Source of the DNA: Phoronis australis
Lineage: Eukaryota; Animalia; Phoronida
Direction: 5' to 3'
Length of the DNA stretch: 64,000 nt
Assembly (NCBI GenBank): GCA_002633005.1
Contig: NMRA01000254.1
Span: 494,533-558,532 of the forward strand
The notes below the pieces were generated by a model that saw only the letters and a list, made by a program, of their open reading frames with translations, searched no databases and had not been told where the DNA came from. Made by a program: the position numbers and the translations under genes. Below are positions 54,201 to 63,319 of this stretch, piece after piece. Each line of letters opens with the position of its first letter. Position 1 is the first letter of the stretch.

Positions 54201-57200
54201 AAGAACCACAAATTTCAAAAAAGAATATCTGCCAACAGCATCAGACTCGGTTTGGCCAGGACATTCTGTTTGGGAACGGCACATTTTTAACAAAATCGGA
54301 GTGGATCGTCTGCGCTCCAACTTTAAAGCCAGATAACACAATTGCTTTGGCGAGCAAGGTATACGTGTAATTTGTGGGAGAATCGTTCCTTTGTCAGTGA
54401 GAGGCAAAATTTGTCCAGGAAGGGGAATGAGCGTGCGCGACAGCGAATAGCATGTGTGAGAGAATTTTGCGCTCGGTCATACCTGATTTTGAGCCTCGCG
54501 CAGGCGCGGAAGTATGGGTGCCGTGTCATCTACAGAGCACGATGTATACCTCTCGCTATGTTTGCTGCAAAGCATGTAACTTTCAAGAAAACAAAAATAA
54601 ATGTGATTTTCTTTGCCAATAGATGGCATACTAATGCGCTTTGTAAATGCTGAAATTGTACCTGAGCATTGTGTTCCATTCCCCGTGTAACCACTTTGAC
54701 ATCTGCAGTTGAATGAGCCAACGGTATTTGAACAGATTGCATTGGCGTCACAATTGTGTTGAGAAGATGTACATTCGTCGTAATCTAGAAATAATTGGTT
54801 CGAAATTAAGATGCAACAAGACATTTTAGTTGAAACGTAACTCAATGGTTTTGGCGTACAAGCAAAATTAGTAATTAAACCAATGCTGCATTTGTCAATG
54901 AATTTATGATATTTTTCCTGACATGTTCATTTGAAGCTATTTGCCCGTTTGCAGTAAGGATGTCACCATTCTCTCGTTAACCCACTTCCGCAACTACAAC
55001 TGAATTTCAAGAGACGGGGAAATTGCATGCTTTCAATGTATTGCAACTGAGTTCTTAACGCTGAAATTGCACCTGAGCATTTCGTTCCATCCCCATGGTA
55101 ACCACTTCGACAACTACATTTAAATGAGCCAATGGTGTTCGAGCATACTGCATTGACATCACAATTGTCTTCGGCCGTTGTGCATTCGTTGATATCTGCA
55201 GAAGAAACATTCGAAAATTCTTTATTGCACGGATTATTTAGTTAATGCAGGCAATTTGCAAAGAAAGTCATGACATATTTGACAAATATATGAGTGACAT
55301 CATTTCTGTGTTTGTTTGGAAGTGTTTTCAACATTTTGACCACAAAACCATATGGCACTTTTCGCAACAGGTACATTTCATAAAAAACCACAAACTTTAC
55401 ATACAGTAGGCAGAAAGAGGTTTTGTCAATGCCTCACGTGAACTTGTTAACAAATGCAATCTCCCATTTAAAATTCCGTTTTTTGTGCCTTATTTTTCGT
55501 TTAATGAAAATTAACTCTCTTAAATTCTGAAATTGTACCCGTGCACAACGTTCCATTTCCTTGGAATCCAGCATGACAGCTACAGTTGAATGACCCAAAG
55601 ATGTTCCAGCAGAGGGCATTAGCGTCGCAGTTGTGTATGCCGATGGTGCATTCATTCATATCTACGTGTAGAAATATGTGGTACAAAAAGGGATGTTTTA
55701 CATTATTAATGCTCTCAGGACTATTGCATTCCGGTCGAAACAATACTTTTGGCAATGGACCGTTACGTTACATGCTATATTCGAAAAGCATTGCATGGCT
55801 TCCATGACAAGTAAGTTATTTAAAGATTACTTCCATAAGCTTTTCTACTGTAGAGAACAGATCTTCATTTTGTCAGTACCTCATGGTAAACGTTTCATAT
55901 TAGTATCAAATTATTTTTGCGCTGTATTGAATTTCTCAAAACCTATCAAACCTACATCATGAAACTATTCCTAACTGTACGGCGTCTCATTCTCTTGGTG
56001 ACCAGTCCAGCAATTGAATGAGCCACTGGTGAGCAGATGACATAGCTCAGGAAAATGTTCAAGTGAGTCAGTTAAGGAATCATATCCGTGAAGTGCCAAG
56101 GACGTGTTTGCAACAATGCTCGCAAGAAAAAAAGTCAACCGAGGTTACCCGGATGGTGCATAAAAGTCACTACATGGTTCTAAACAATGAAAATATACCA
56201 GAGCATTGCGTTCCATTTCCATGGTAACCACTTTGACAACTGCAGTTGAATGAGCCAATGGTGTTTATGCAGACTGCGTTGACGTCACAGTTGTGTGTTC
56301 CTGTTGTGCATTCGTCGATATCTAGAAAACATTTGGATCGAGGTTAAAGAAAATAAATCCCGCTTTCTGTTAAAAACACGTGTAGTAAAATCGGTCTTAT
56401 TTTTCTCTATTCCAGCTTCAAAAGACTTACAATGTTATAAAGAAGAACCGAGAACCAGAGTTAAATGCTTCATGCCATGTCACTACGGGTTAGTTTAAGT
56501 CACCACGGCATCATGGTAGTCAGGGTTAATTCCAAGCGATTTGCTTAAATTTTATTTGTTATTCAAACTGGCGATAAGAATGCAAAACCGTTTGTTTGGA
56601 ATTGCATTTACGCCTGTTAAGAAAGCTGAATTTGAATTAAAGTGGCTTTAAAATTCACCAAGAACATTTTTAGACAAAAATAGTGCTCATGGTCTAATGT
56701 CTTTTGCGGTCCATCAGACACGCGCAGGCTTCATGGTTGTGCCCAGTACACAAAACACCTGAGCCAAAACTCACAGCAGCCCTAGGACAGATCAGCAGCT
56801 TCTCTGTAAAACAAGTTTTTGTCCGCTTGTATCGTTTACGAGAACGGAGTTACTTGTGACGCCAATGTAAATGGCCTTGTCTTCAGAATCAAGGTGTTAA
56901 CCATTCAGCGTTCATTTAAAGGCTGCATATGAGCATAACCACCCTACCATCGATTTCTAAGCAAAAAATCTGCTGCTGTATTCAGTGCTGTCTGAGTAAG
57001 GTAGCGTCATTTGTCAGGATGGATGCTTGCCACACTGAGAACAATATTATCTGCAAATGCTTGCTTGTAGAACCTTGGACCCATGTCAGCCGATAATTGT
57101 CCATAACCCTGTTGAAGAGGGTGGGTGTTCCCCTGGTGATGAGAAAGGCCACACTGGCACCCTCCAGACAAGCAGTCGCTGAGCACTTTGATAATCGGCC

Positions 57201-60200
57201 TGGTAAGACACCATTTCAAAGTCGTTCAGTGCAACTCGTATCGCGTCATGCGTAATGTTGCTGACATTACCTATAAGGTCAATTAAGGCACAGAGGGCAA
57301 ATTGTTTATTAAAAACACCCCGTTCCAGTAGCAACCAGAAGTTGTAGAGCGGTCTCGTATAGCGAAGCCCGTCCTACTGAATTGTTCAGAAATTCGTTTT
57401 ACACACCTTGTTTATAAAGATGCCACAAAATGAGCCTTTCGAGTCCTTTGAGAAGGAAAGGTGTTGAATGTTGAATTAATGGACCTACAAGGTTCAGTTA
57501 TGAGTTCTTCCCTGCGGGTTTAGGAATGAAAACTATCCTGAGTTTTGTCTAAGTTTAAGAAGTACAACTTAGTCTAAGACTAGCTTTAGATATGCAGGGA
57601 ATAGTGTTCTTCCGGTCTCGTGACAATTGTAGCATAATAAAGTAGATCACGTCTAGGTCTCGGAATTTCGATGCTACAAAATACTTTAAAGCCAATTTCG
57701 CAAGATGTGTTGTAGCTACGTTTCAACGTAAGAGAAAGTTGATGGCTCACACTCCTTGTCAGTTCAAACACGATCACTAGGCAGGTTTTCAATGTTAGGA
57801 TAGTGATTGCTCAACATGCCCTCAAACGGTTCGTCGGTGGAATGCCTGTACCAGATATCCTCTTCCTGAATGTCCTCTAGTGTTAAAGAGAGGTACATCT
57901 AAAGCAAATTTAACCATCCTTACTCGTGCATAGACGCTTGTAATTTGCTAACAGAAGTTCCTTCAGAAACTAGGCTTAACTCTGCGTGTGGCATTCCTAA
58001 ACACACGATTCATACATAACTCGATCGTACTTGTGTTCAAGCAGAACTTGCAAAGAAACGTGCGTTTAGCATCAATTGCTTAGCTTAGTGATATTGTTTC
58101 TGTCATGTGCAATGTACTGAGAGAGTATTCACCATGTTGACATCTCAAAAACATGTCCCAGAGTTTTTATTGCACCCCGTACGGAACGGATAGCAAGACA
58201 AATCATTTGAGGGTGTCTCATAATAAACTTGTTTTTTTCACTGTATAAATTCTACAGTAGCCATATCGTCATATGTCTGACATGTCTTACCTTGAGAAGC
58301 CTTTGTTTTAGGTTAGGTGGTTAGGCTCTTCTTTGCCCGCTGGTGATCGCACGTAATAGTCCAAATTATTAACATTTTGTACATAACGATATGCTATACA
58401 GTAATAACTCGATCACAAGATGGCCTATGGGACCCTTTTTTGAACACTTGCTTCATGCGTCTGATTTTGATTACACGTTGTCATTTAACCTGCCTTCCTT
58501 TAAAACCTTTACATCCGAACGCCAAATTAGTCACATTCAAATCAAAAGGTTACCTTACCAGGAGGAATGCAATGGACGTTTTCGTTGCATATCAACGATT
58601 CTCTGGACCTGCCGTCACAAGAAGGTTCTGTTATAAGTTCTCGTCGACGACGGTTGGCTGAAAGTGTAGGATTTTCGCAAACTCTTGTTCTGGATTTCCA
58701 TCCTATTACGCAAGTAGCGCTGCAAACTGACCAACTTGACCACGCACTCCATTGTCCCAATTGAACACTTACTGTTATGACATGTAATAAAACAAAATGA
58801 ATTTCAAGGTTATTAGCATGTTCTTACCTACAAGTACAGGCAAGCTCTATTCAACACGGTCGACGTTATTAGAAATTAAAAGAGCAACGTAGGCATGTGC
58901 CAACGGTGCATCGCAAACGATATATTTTTAAAGGCCACTAGGACATGCTGTAGTAATCGAATCAGTCCAAAAATTACATAGTGTCTGCACATTGTCATCA
59001 TATACCTCTCAGTCAAGCCTCATTGAAATCCGTCTTTTAGTCTCTAGATTTCATCCGGAAACACTATTCCCATAAGCAACAAGTAAAAAACATTGTTGAG
59101 AACAGCTTAGATGGTGCTGGCGCACAGTCATCATATTCTACTATTAAAAGTTTCATTGAAGTTCGTCAATTTGTTCTCAAGTTATCATCCAGAAACATTC
59201 CTCCCTCAAACTACACTTCAAAAGCCCATTGTCACAATGCTGCAGTGGAAAATCTTCTCCAAAGTCCAAGAGTTTGCCAAAGAACACTTGCAAAGTCCCA
59301 TGTCAAAAACAAAATAGCCACTAGTAGGTGCTACAGTGCTGAAATACGACAGAAAATTAAATGGTTCCGCTGCATTGCCGTAGTCCGTGAAAACTTTCAT
59401 TGAAATCCTACACACGATTCTTTATGTGTACATACTGTATAATCCGGAAATACTCTTACACAAAATGGAAAACATTATGCGCTGATGTTGTCAAATTATG
59501 CAGAAAGACAAATAGTGCCAGCTTAATCTAATCATATACCCCTTAGTAAAATTTCAATAAAATTTGTCCATCGGTTCTTGAGATATCATCCAGAAACACC
59601 CTTCAACTAAACAACGCTTGAAAAGCCCTTGACGAGAACAAAATGGCCACTAGGGTGTCGAATCCGCTCCAAAATTCGATGGCGACAAGGTATTGACCCC
59701 TATGTCATCTTTCATTGAAGTACTTCAATTGGTTCGATAAATATCATTCGGAAACGCACTCATACAAAATGGCCACTAGAAGGCGTTGCAGTATTCGAAT
59801 CCTCCCATAAATCAAATGGTGGACGCGCGCAATTTCATCAAATACCTCTATGTTAAGATTATTGAAATCCGCCCATCCGTTCTATAAATATCATGCGAAA
59901 ACGCTCTTCCCCCACTAACAGCACTTGAAAAGCCCCTTGTCGAGAACAAAATGGCCACAAAGAGGTGCTGAAATGGTTGAATCAACCGAAAGTTTAATTG
60001 TGCTGGCACATTGATGTCATTTACCTTTTGTTTCATTGAAATCCGTTCTGTAGATACCATCTTAAATGCTCTTTCCCAAAAATATTGAAAAGCGGCACGA
60101 AACATGCTAGTGATCCCGTATATACGTGTACACTCTCATGCCAAACTTTATCAAATCCTACAAAGTGTTTTTTGAGATATCGAGCGGACACCCTATCAAC

Positions 60201-60939
60201 CTTACAGCCGGACGCCTGGCGACGACAATATGCGACCACATAATGCATATGGACCATAAAGATTGTTGGGATCTGTGTAGTTAGTTTTTAAAACTACACG
60301 AATCCAAGTGGATACAGAAGGTACATCCAGTTGTTATTATAAAGTTGATCAAATCAAGTTTCTTCCTATAACGGGTGTTAGTGGTAATACCTGAAACGGA
60401 CACTAGATAGTCCATAAACAAGATTTTATTCACATTTCAGTGGGTGAACGCAGGCATTGTTTCTATTAGCTAAATTGTGTCGTAGAATGGGATATACATG
60501 TAAGACATTTATTTGTCTTGGATTTTTCCTCTTTGGGTTAAACCTACTGCAATGCAACCCAAACGTTCGTCTTGACGGGTAGTCAACCAGGTGCTAATAG
60601 TAAATGTACCTTGTGGGCAAAACTACCACAGGGGATTTGCTCCACTAAAACAGTTGAGGCATTTTTGGTCAAGAGTTCAATTCAGATTTAGAATGTTGCG
60701 ATTTTCTTCCAAGACTGACATATGCATTGTAATGGCACACTGGCGATTAGGCTACGTCGCAAGAGCAAAAGTTATGAGCTCCTAGTAAATATAACAGGTC
60801 TAACAAAATACATGCCCATGCATAACTGACAACTGATAGCAAATAGTCCGACCATTTCAACATACATGTACGTACCGGTGAGGCATTGGCAAAACAATAC
60901 ATTTATTGCCAATAATTTCGTTTCAATGCGCAGCTTCAT
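32623..60939 (-). CDS. Gene model: type I membrane protein, signal peptide - TSP1 - tandem Ca-binding EGF (17 non-redundant open exons; 23 counting the duplicated block) - TM - short tail
   Basis: Exon phases chain correctly: SP (ends phase 1), TSP1 (1-1), EGF exons (1-1), TM (1-2), last exon (phase 2 to TAG). Inferred from splice signals only, with no transcript data. Confidence 0.8.
33092..33331. mobile_element. Small MITE-like element in the last intron
   Basis: GGGTCCCGTTCAAAG at the left and CTTGGAACGGGCC at the right form imperfect inverted ends around CTTAAG/GACTTGAG-rich sequence. Confidence 0.45.
33370..33514 (-). CDS. Transmembrane exon
   Basis: ttttgtag|..|gtaagg, 145 nt; (G)[47 protein letters not shown]; hydrophobic stretch followed by KK. 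It is antisense to ORF 33319-33528 and absent from the ORF track. Confidence 0.85.
33780..34330. repeat. Dispersed repeat, second copy at ~40490-40790
   Basis: Shared GACATAG(G/A)TGTAGCA and GCATTTATCATAA..GAGGG..AGAAA.TCTGTGGT.AC.ACAGAGTTTT blocks. Confidence 0.6.
36266..36388 (-). CDS. cbEGF exon (membrane-proximal)
   Basis: 123 nt, AG/GT; [41 protein letters not shown]. Confidence 0.9.
36552..36674 (-). CDS. cbEGF exon
   Basis: 123 nt, AG/GT; [41 protein letters not shown]. Confidence 0.9.
37673..37795 (-). CDS. cbEGF exon with non-canonical (GG) acceptor
   Basis: Open frame [41 protein letters not shown], but preceded by ttttgg| instead of ag|. Confidence 0.55.
38194..38318 (-). pseudogene. 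Decayed EGF pseudo-exon
   Basis: Retains ctgaaattgtac donor context, ttcccttggtaatca, attgacgtcag and gtgcattc; Cys pattern and acceptor lost. Confidence 0.6.
38900..39022 (-). CDS. cbEGF exon
   Basis: 123 nt; [41 protein letters not shown]. Confidence 0.9.
   Translation of the reverse strand: MLTNAQQEKTTVMSMRSARTPLAHLHVVVEVVTEGMERFA
39659..39779 (-). pseudogene. Frameshifted EGF exon (121 nt)
   Basis: AG/GT intact; [24 protein letters not shown] then a 4-nt insertion shifts the frame; also a 6-nt deletion in the CDVNA segment. Confidence 0.75.
40106..40246 (-). pseudogene. Decayed EGF pseudo-exon
   Basis: Remnants tgttcgagcata..catgacgtcacagctgtgt..ggtgtactc, with indels. Confidence 0.55.
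41053..41175 (-). CDS. cbEGF exon
   Basis: 123 nt; [41 protein letters not shown]. Confidence 0.9.
41607..41729 (-). CDS. cbEGF exon
   Basis: 123 nt; [41 protein letters not shown]. Confidence 0.9.
42409..42531 (-). CDS. cbEGF exon
   Basis: 123 nt; [41 protein letters not shown]. Confidence 0.9.
42700..43300 (+). mobile_element. HINE-like tandem-subrepeat element inserted in the EGF array
   Basis: Repeated CTAGGGGACGC/CTAGGAGGCG units with GCCAA(C/T)TTTCA blocks, similar to 20630-21770; sits where other array units carry a pseudo-exon, whose end survives at ~43308-43335. Confidence 0.5.
43591..43713 (-). CDS. cbEGF exon
   Basis: 123 nt; [41 protein letters not shown]. Confidence 0.9.
44316..44455. 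repeat. Two tandem ~67-70 bp inverted-repeat mini-elements
   Basis: CATGGGCGGCGCA..TGCGCCGCCCATG (44316-44382), followed by a diverged copy with the same GGGGCT..AGCCCC core. Confidence 0.55.
44566..44688 (-). CDS. cbEGF exon
   Basis: 123 nt; [41 protein letters not shown]. Confidence 0.9.
44836..44958 (-). CDS. cbEGF exon
   Basis: 123 nt; [41 protein letters not shown]. Confidence 0.9.
45015..45137 (-). CDS. cbEGF exon (recent tandem copy of 44836-44958)
   Basis: 123 nt; [41 protein letters not shown]; only 56 nt from its neighbour. Confidence 0.85.
45559..45636. repeat. ~31-bp tandem repeat (about 2.5 copies) at the start of an intronic insertion
   Basis: GGTCCCTACGTGCCGAGTCAGCATGCTCGCT repeated; GTGCCGAGTCA recurs at ~46325. 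Confidence 0.7.
46448..46570 (-). CDS. cbEGF exon
   Basis: 123 nt; [41 protein letters not shown]. Confidence 0.9.
46839..46950 (-). pseudogene. Decayed EGF pseudo-exon (counterpart ~53493-53610)
   Basis: aaattgtac|c donor context and cactgcgttccattt retained; remainder degenerate. Confidence 0.55.
46950..49436. mobile_element. ~2.5-kb non-coding insertion absent from the duplicate copy
   Basis: Copy 2 reads ctttgtcttaaatgccaggtttaacat (~53603-53628) without it; CTTACTACAT (46994-47003) and ATGTAGTAAG (49415-49424) are inverted. Confidence 0.6.
49701..49823 (-). CDS. cbEGF exon
   Basis: 123 nt; [41 protein letters not shown]. Confidence 0.9.
50469..50591 (-). CDS. cbEGF exon
   Basis: 123 nt; [41 protein letters not shown]. 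Confidence 0.9.
50880..51002 (-). CDS. cbEGF exon
   Basis: 123 nt; [41 protein letters not shown]; weak donor GTGCAA. Confidence 0.88.
51372..51494 (-). CDS. cbEGF exon
   Basis: 123 nt; [41 protein letters not shown]. Confidence 0.9.
51790..51890 (-). pseudogene. Decayed EGF pseudo-exon (counterpart ~55958-56058)
   Basis: gcgtctcattctcttg..gacca..gcaat.gaatgagccactggtgagcaga resembles the exon core with deletions. Confidence 0.5.
52030..52152 (-). CDS. cbEGF exon
   Basis: 123 nt; [41 protein letters not shown]. Confidence 0.9.
53100..53222 (-). CDS. cbEGF exon (copy of 46448-46570; A>V)
   Basis: [41 protein letters not shown]. Confidence 0.8.
53879..54001 (-). CDS. cbEGF exon (copy of 49701-49823; S>Y)
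   Basis: [41 protein letters not shown]. Confidence 0.8.
54662..54784 (-). CDS. cbEGF exon (copy of 50469-50591; G>A)
   Basis: [41 protein letters not shown]. Confidence 0.8.
55073..55195 (-). CDS. cbEGF exon (copy of 50880-51002; Q>H)
   Basis: [41 protein letters not shown]. Confidence 0.8.
55539..55661 (-). CDS. cbEGF exon (copy of 51372-51494; M>I)
   Basis: [41 protein letters not shown]. Confidence 0.8.
56199..56321 (-). CDS. cbEGF exon (copy of 52030-52152; M>I); first EGF after TSP1
   Basis: [41 protein letters not shown]. Confidence 0.82.
56870..57340 (-). mobile_element. Decayed non-LTR retrotransposon RT fragment (partial copy at ~52700-53063)
   Basis: [24 protein letters not shown] (RT motif A-like) and [11 protein letters not shown] (YADD-like) in broken frames. 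Confidence 0.55.
58559..58771 (-). CDS. Thrombospondin type-1 (TSP1) exon
   Basis: cataacag|..|gtaagg, 213 nt, phase 1-1; [71 protein letters not shown]; WxxWxxW, CSxTC, RxRxC and six Cys. Confidence 0.92.
59000..60260 (+). mobile_element. HINE-like tandem-subrepeat element in the SP-TSP1 intron
   Basis: Repeated GATATCATCC(A/G)GAAAC..TTGAAAAGCCC..AACAAAATGGCCACTAG units; ends GAGATATCGAGCGGAC..GGACG..CCATAAA like 20630-21770. Confidence 0.55.
60876..60939 (-). CDS. First coding exon (signal peptide)
   Basis: cattttcag|att ATG; [21 protein letters not shown] then G|gtacgt, phase 1, joining TSP1 in frame. The acceptor 3 nt before ATG implies an upstream non-coding exon (not located). Confidence 0.75.
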
Positions 60940-61029
60940 AATCTGAAAATGAACAAAGCATTTAATTAACAAAATTTTGCGATATTACGCGTTCTATTCA
61001 CTTCGGTACCAAAACAGTACCGATATACA

Positions 61030-61240
61030 ACTATTATGGACGTGCTGAGTAAATATGCAGAAATGTGTGGTTTGAGAGTAAATTATTACAAAACAAAGGT
61101 TACGTGGATGGCAATATTTTTTTCAAAGCTATTTCCATCATGTGCGTGTTTGTGTGGTGAGAGCGGGTATGGCTTGTATTATATGTCTCTCGTGTCTTTG
61201 TATATATGTTTTTTATACCAATAAAAATAAAAAATTAAAA
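61030..61240 (+). mobile_element. Short L1/Tx1 fragment with A-rich tail
   Basis: DVLSKYAEMCGLRVNYYKTKVTW (RT C-terminal GL.VN..KT motif), then AATAAA and an A-run at ~61220-61242. Confidence 0.55.
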
Positions 61241-63319
61241 AACGGTATTGAAAAAACATTTTAGCACACCATGTACAACAAGTACTACCGTGTATGTACA
61301 AAATGTATTGTGAACAGAACAGTATCAACATTTTGCATTCAGGAATCCCACACCTCTGCCTGTCGTGAACTGCAACTCAGTGAGCATCAAAACGTTCAAC
61401 CAAAACTAGCGGGGTTACATGTAGATAAACATTCAGCATATGTGATTTTAGCAAAGAGTGCTTTTGGCGCTCAGTATACGAAGCCGTTTTCTGTTCCTTG
61501 GTAAACAGTCTCTTACGCAAAATGTTATTCCAATATCGTGTTCAGCGGTAGTTTTAATACTTTCGCTTCAAAAAATCCACTTTTCAACCTAACAGTATGG
61601 ACAGGGATACACGTATATGCCTACATTCCGATAAAGTGCACATGTGTATTTACGTTTTGAGTTGACTCAACATGAGATGTGCGCATATATTGTTACTTGA
61701 AAAATGTCAAAATAATGTTGAAGAAAATGGGATACTCTCAGCTCATTAGAGCGTTCTCCCGTTCAATGACTTCAACAGACATAGAGCATCTAGCGCCTTT
61801 TTTAACTGCTGAGCACAGTCTTTTGTCCGGCATGACAACATGCAGGCCTCCCGTTCAGTAACGTACACTAGAGCCTCGCTAAAAGGCAAGACTTCGCGAG
61901 ATTACGTGAGATATTTCTGGGTATTTTAACTGAGAGCACGTGACTTAAGCTAGATTTAGGTAGGTCCTAGCGTAGGTCCTAGGGTTATTGAACACACACC
62001 AGACTTACAGTGTATATTACCGACCACGTGTGATCAAAGTCAATCCCAGTGGGAATTGGTACATGTACGTTCGTAAAGAAAAGATTGTCAAAACTTCGGT
62101 TGTAGTTGGGTGATTTTGGCGGTTCAAAAACTAAACATGATCAGCTTTGACCAGAAATTCATCAATGCTATTGCCTTGTATTTTTAACAGCGCAGTCTAG
62201 TCAGGCTAAATAAGATCTTATCGGAGATTAGAGCAATTTTCGAACAAAAGAGAGCTAGCTCTCCAATAAACGCCTGCGTTGAGGGCAGCCGTGTAAGATA
62301 CTGGCTACAGTGGTCATCCTCCCAACTTGTTGCTGTGCTACACAATAGAACACGTTGGACTCAACAGTAAAACGCAGTCATGTAACCTCGTACGTAAATA
62401 TGACGATTGTTTGCATCCTCTACGTGACAGGGATACTGCGTGTACAAACTACAGTTGTACAGTTTAGTCAACTCCTGTCGTTCACCGTTGGCAGTAAACA
62501 CGTAGACCATTGTCATAGCTTTAGTATCCTCAAACGCTAATTTAGCGGAAATAATTGCAACTGACTACAGGTATATGTAAACATGTCGACCATGACACAG
62601 CTCCCAAAGCCCGATTCTAGTGAATTTTAACCCACAATATAATAGTCTGACCACAACAACCAGTCATTTCAGGGACAGTCATTTGCCTACTGTAGGTTAC
62701 GAGCACACTCGCAAAACACTCTCCTTCATTCGCATGATTTTGCATGACCTCAAATGTCAAGAAACGTGGTCCTGGTCTTTGAATATTTCAAAAAAATTAT
62801 GCAGGGGTGCGGTATTTTTCAGTTTTCGACTAGTTTAGTTCACCACTTTTCCAGAAATTCACTTGAGAAAAGCAAATCCTTTGTTTTCTTTTTTAGTCAC
62901 ATCAGACTGATTTCAGTGGTACAGCGACACGATTACCTGTGCTCAAGGCCATGTATACCTGCATGAAGGAGAGGGGGTCTTTTATTTTCGTCACCAGGTC
63001 AATACCATTGTAACTGACTGTCCAAGCCACAGTGATGAATGCGTTCACCGTAAATTGTTGAAATTTATGCAGCGTGCCTACAATTTTGTCTTTTGGTAGT
63101 GTCGAGGCGCATGTTTCAAAATGAATCTAGTTACAGACTAGAAACAAACAATGCTTTTTGGCCTGATAATCGCCAGTGCCTTGGGTTAATGGAACGCATC
63201 CCTGATAAGACCATCTAATTCAAATCATTGTTCACCTCACAAGGACGATTACGTCTCCGAACGTCACTAGCATATACAATCACCAACATCCACATCGTGC
63301 AGAATATTCCATATCCAAT

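Larger units (their letters stand above)
53065..57237. repeat. Duplicate of 46413-53063 (minus the 2.5-kb insertion), joined at a single N (53064); probably the other haplotype
   Basis: Both copies start AGATTGCAAGCTTTATG and end TTCAGTGCAACTC; both boundaries coincide with the N. Confidence 0.9.
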
